From contig CBFHKU010000015.1 of NCBI GenBank assembly GCA_965656495.1, positions 1 to 27,430 of the forward strand: DNA of 27,430 nt. Direction: 5' to 3'. The translations under genes and the position numbers were made by a program. Positions within the stretch are counted from its first letter, which is position 1. The number at the start of each line of letters is the position of its first letter. A model generated the notes under the pieces. The model saw nothing but the letters and a program-made list of their open reading frames with translations. It was not told where the DNA came from and did no database searches. Source of the stretch: Coraliomargaritaceae bacterium. Its GTDB lineage: Bacteria > Verrucomicrobiota > Verrucomicrobiia > Opitutales > Coraliomargaritaceae. Of this stretch, positions 26,596-27,430 are shown piece after piece.

Positions 26596-27353
26596 TTATT
26601 GGTTGAGCCATGCCTCGACCAGAGCTGAGAGTTCTTTAACTTTTTCCGGATTGGATGCGGCAATATCCGTCCGGTCGTCGGGATCCTTTTTGAGGTCGAA
26701 GAGCCGACTTTTCTTGGGGCGGGCGATCAACTTGTTCCAACCATCGATTACTACACGGGCAACCAAACCTGCATCCAAGTCAGCAAGCTGATCGATGTTG
26801 CTGCGGCCATTATAGACATCTACATAGATGCGGTCACGTTTGGCAAGCGTCTCGGGATCCCGCAGGTCAAGACCCGTCATCATTGCTGGCGGAGTGATGC
26901 CGCAGGCATTTAGGATTGTGGTAGCAACATCAATGTTGCTGGCGAGAATCTCTGCTTCGCGACGCGGCTCGATGGCCCCGGGATGCGTGACAAAAATCGG
27001 TGTGCGGATTCCCATTTCGGTCGCTTCGCGTTTGGAACGGATAGAGTAGCCGACCTTTTCCGGGTTCTGCAGCCAGCCGTTATCGCAGGTGTAAATAAAG
27101 AGAGTGTTTTCGTAGAGCCCCTGCTCCTTAAGGTGGTCGATGAGCTCGCCACAGGTTTCATCGAGCCACTCCACGTTGGCCCAGTATTTGGCCGTAGGTG
27201 GATTGGGCGCGATATCTTTGTATTTATTATAAAGTCGCTCGGGCGCATTGTGCGGCGTGTGCGGTAAATAGACTCCATACCAGATAAAGAAGGGCTGATC
27301 ATTTGCCTGTGCCTTTGCGACAAAGTCGACAATCGGCTGCATGGTTTTGCGCC
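26596..27353 (-). pseudogene. 3' half of a sulfatase, close paralog of 25070-26374, interrupted at its 5' side
   Basis: TMQPIVDFVAKAQ...PFFIWYGVYLPH...AWLNQ is collinear with the neighbouring gene. Similarity stops abruptly at 27353, and the catalytic Cys region is absent. Confidence 0.85.
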
Positions 27354-27430
27354 TGATCGAGTTACCCAAACTGGGCCAGAGCTTTCGTTAGTCTGGATGG
27401 GTTAATGATGTGTTCTAAGTTGTAGAGTAA
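27354..27430 (-). mobile_element. Probable right end of an IS3-family insertion sequence
   Basis: TGATCGAGTTACCCAAACTGGGCCAG begins exactly at the homology break (TG terminus, IS3/IS407-like IR shape). An open minus-strand frame LLYNLEHIINPSRLTKALAQFG* ends inside this IR (TAA at 27362-27364). Confidence 0.6.

Overview
Bacterial window of moderate GC, most likely from a marine PVC-group polysaccharide degrader (Verrucomicrobiota/Kiritimatiellota-like; inferred from gene content). It is dominated by a minus-strand sulfated-glycan catabolism cluster. That cluster holds eight intact Cys-type S1 sulfatases plus a ninth cut by a probable IS3-family element at the right edge, two Tat-signal Gfo/Idh/MocA oxidoreductases, a DUF1080 protein, an SMP-30/gluconolactonase, a GntR-HTH/LacI-sensor regulator, a truncated GH106-like remnant, two orphan proteins and a secreted FN3-containing protein that runs off the left edge. 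In the middle (about 8.2-10.2 kb) is a repeat island: a REP-associated tyrosine transposase (RAYT, Y1 HUH) flanked on both sides by same-orientation arrays of ~84-bp REP doublets. Next to it is a cluster of a second palindromic repeat family whose loops carry different inserted mini-hairpins. One mini-hairpin (GCACCC-N2-4-GGGCATA) also interrupts the RAYT's own REPs, both locally and about 17 kb away. All family assignments come from motif recognition by eye; no searches were run.
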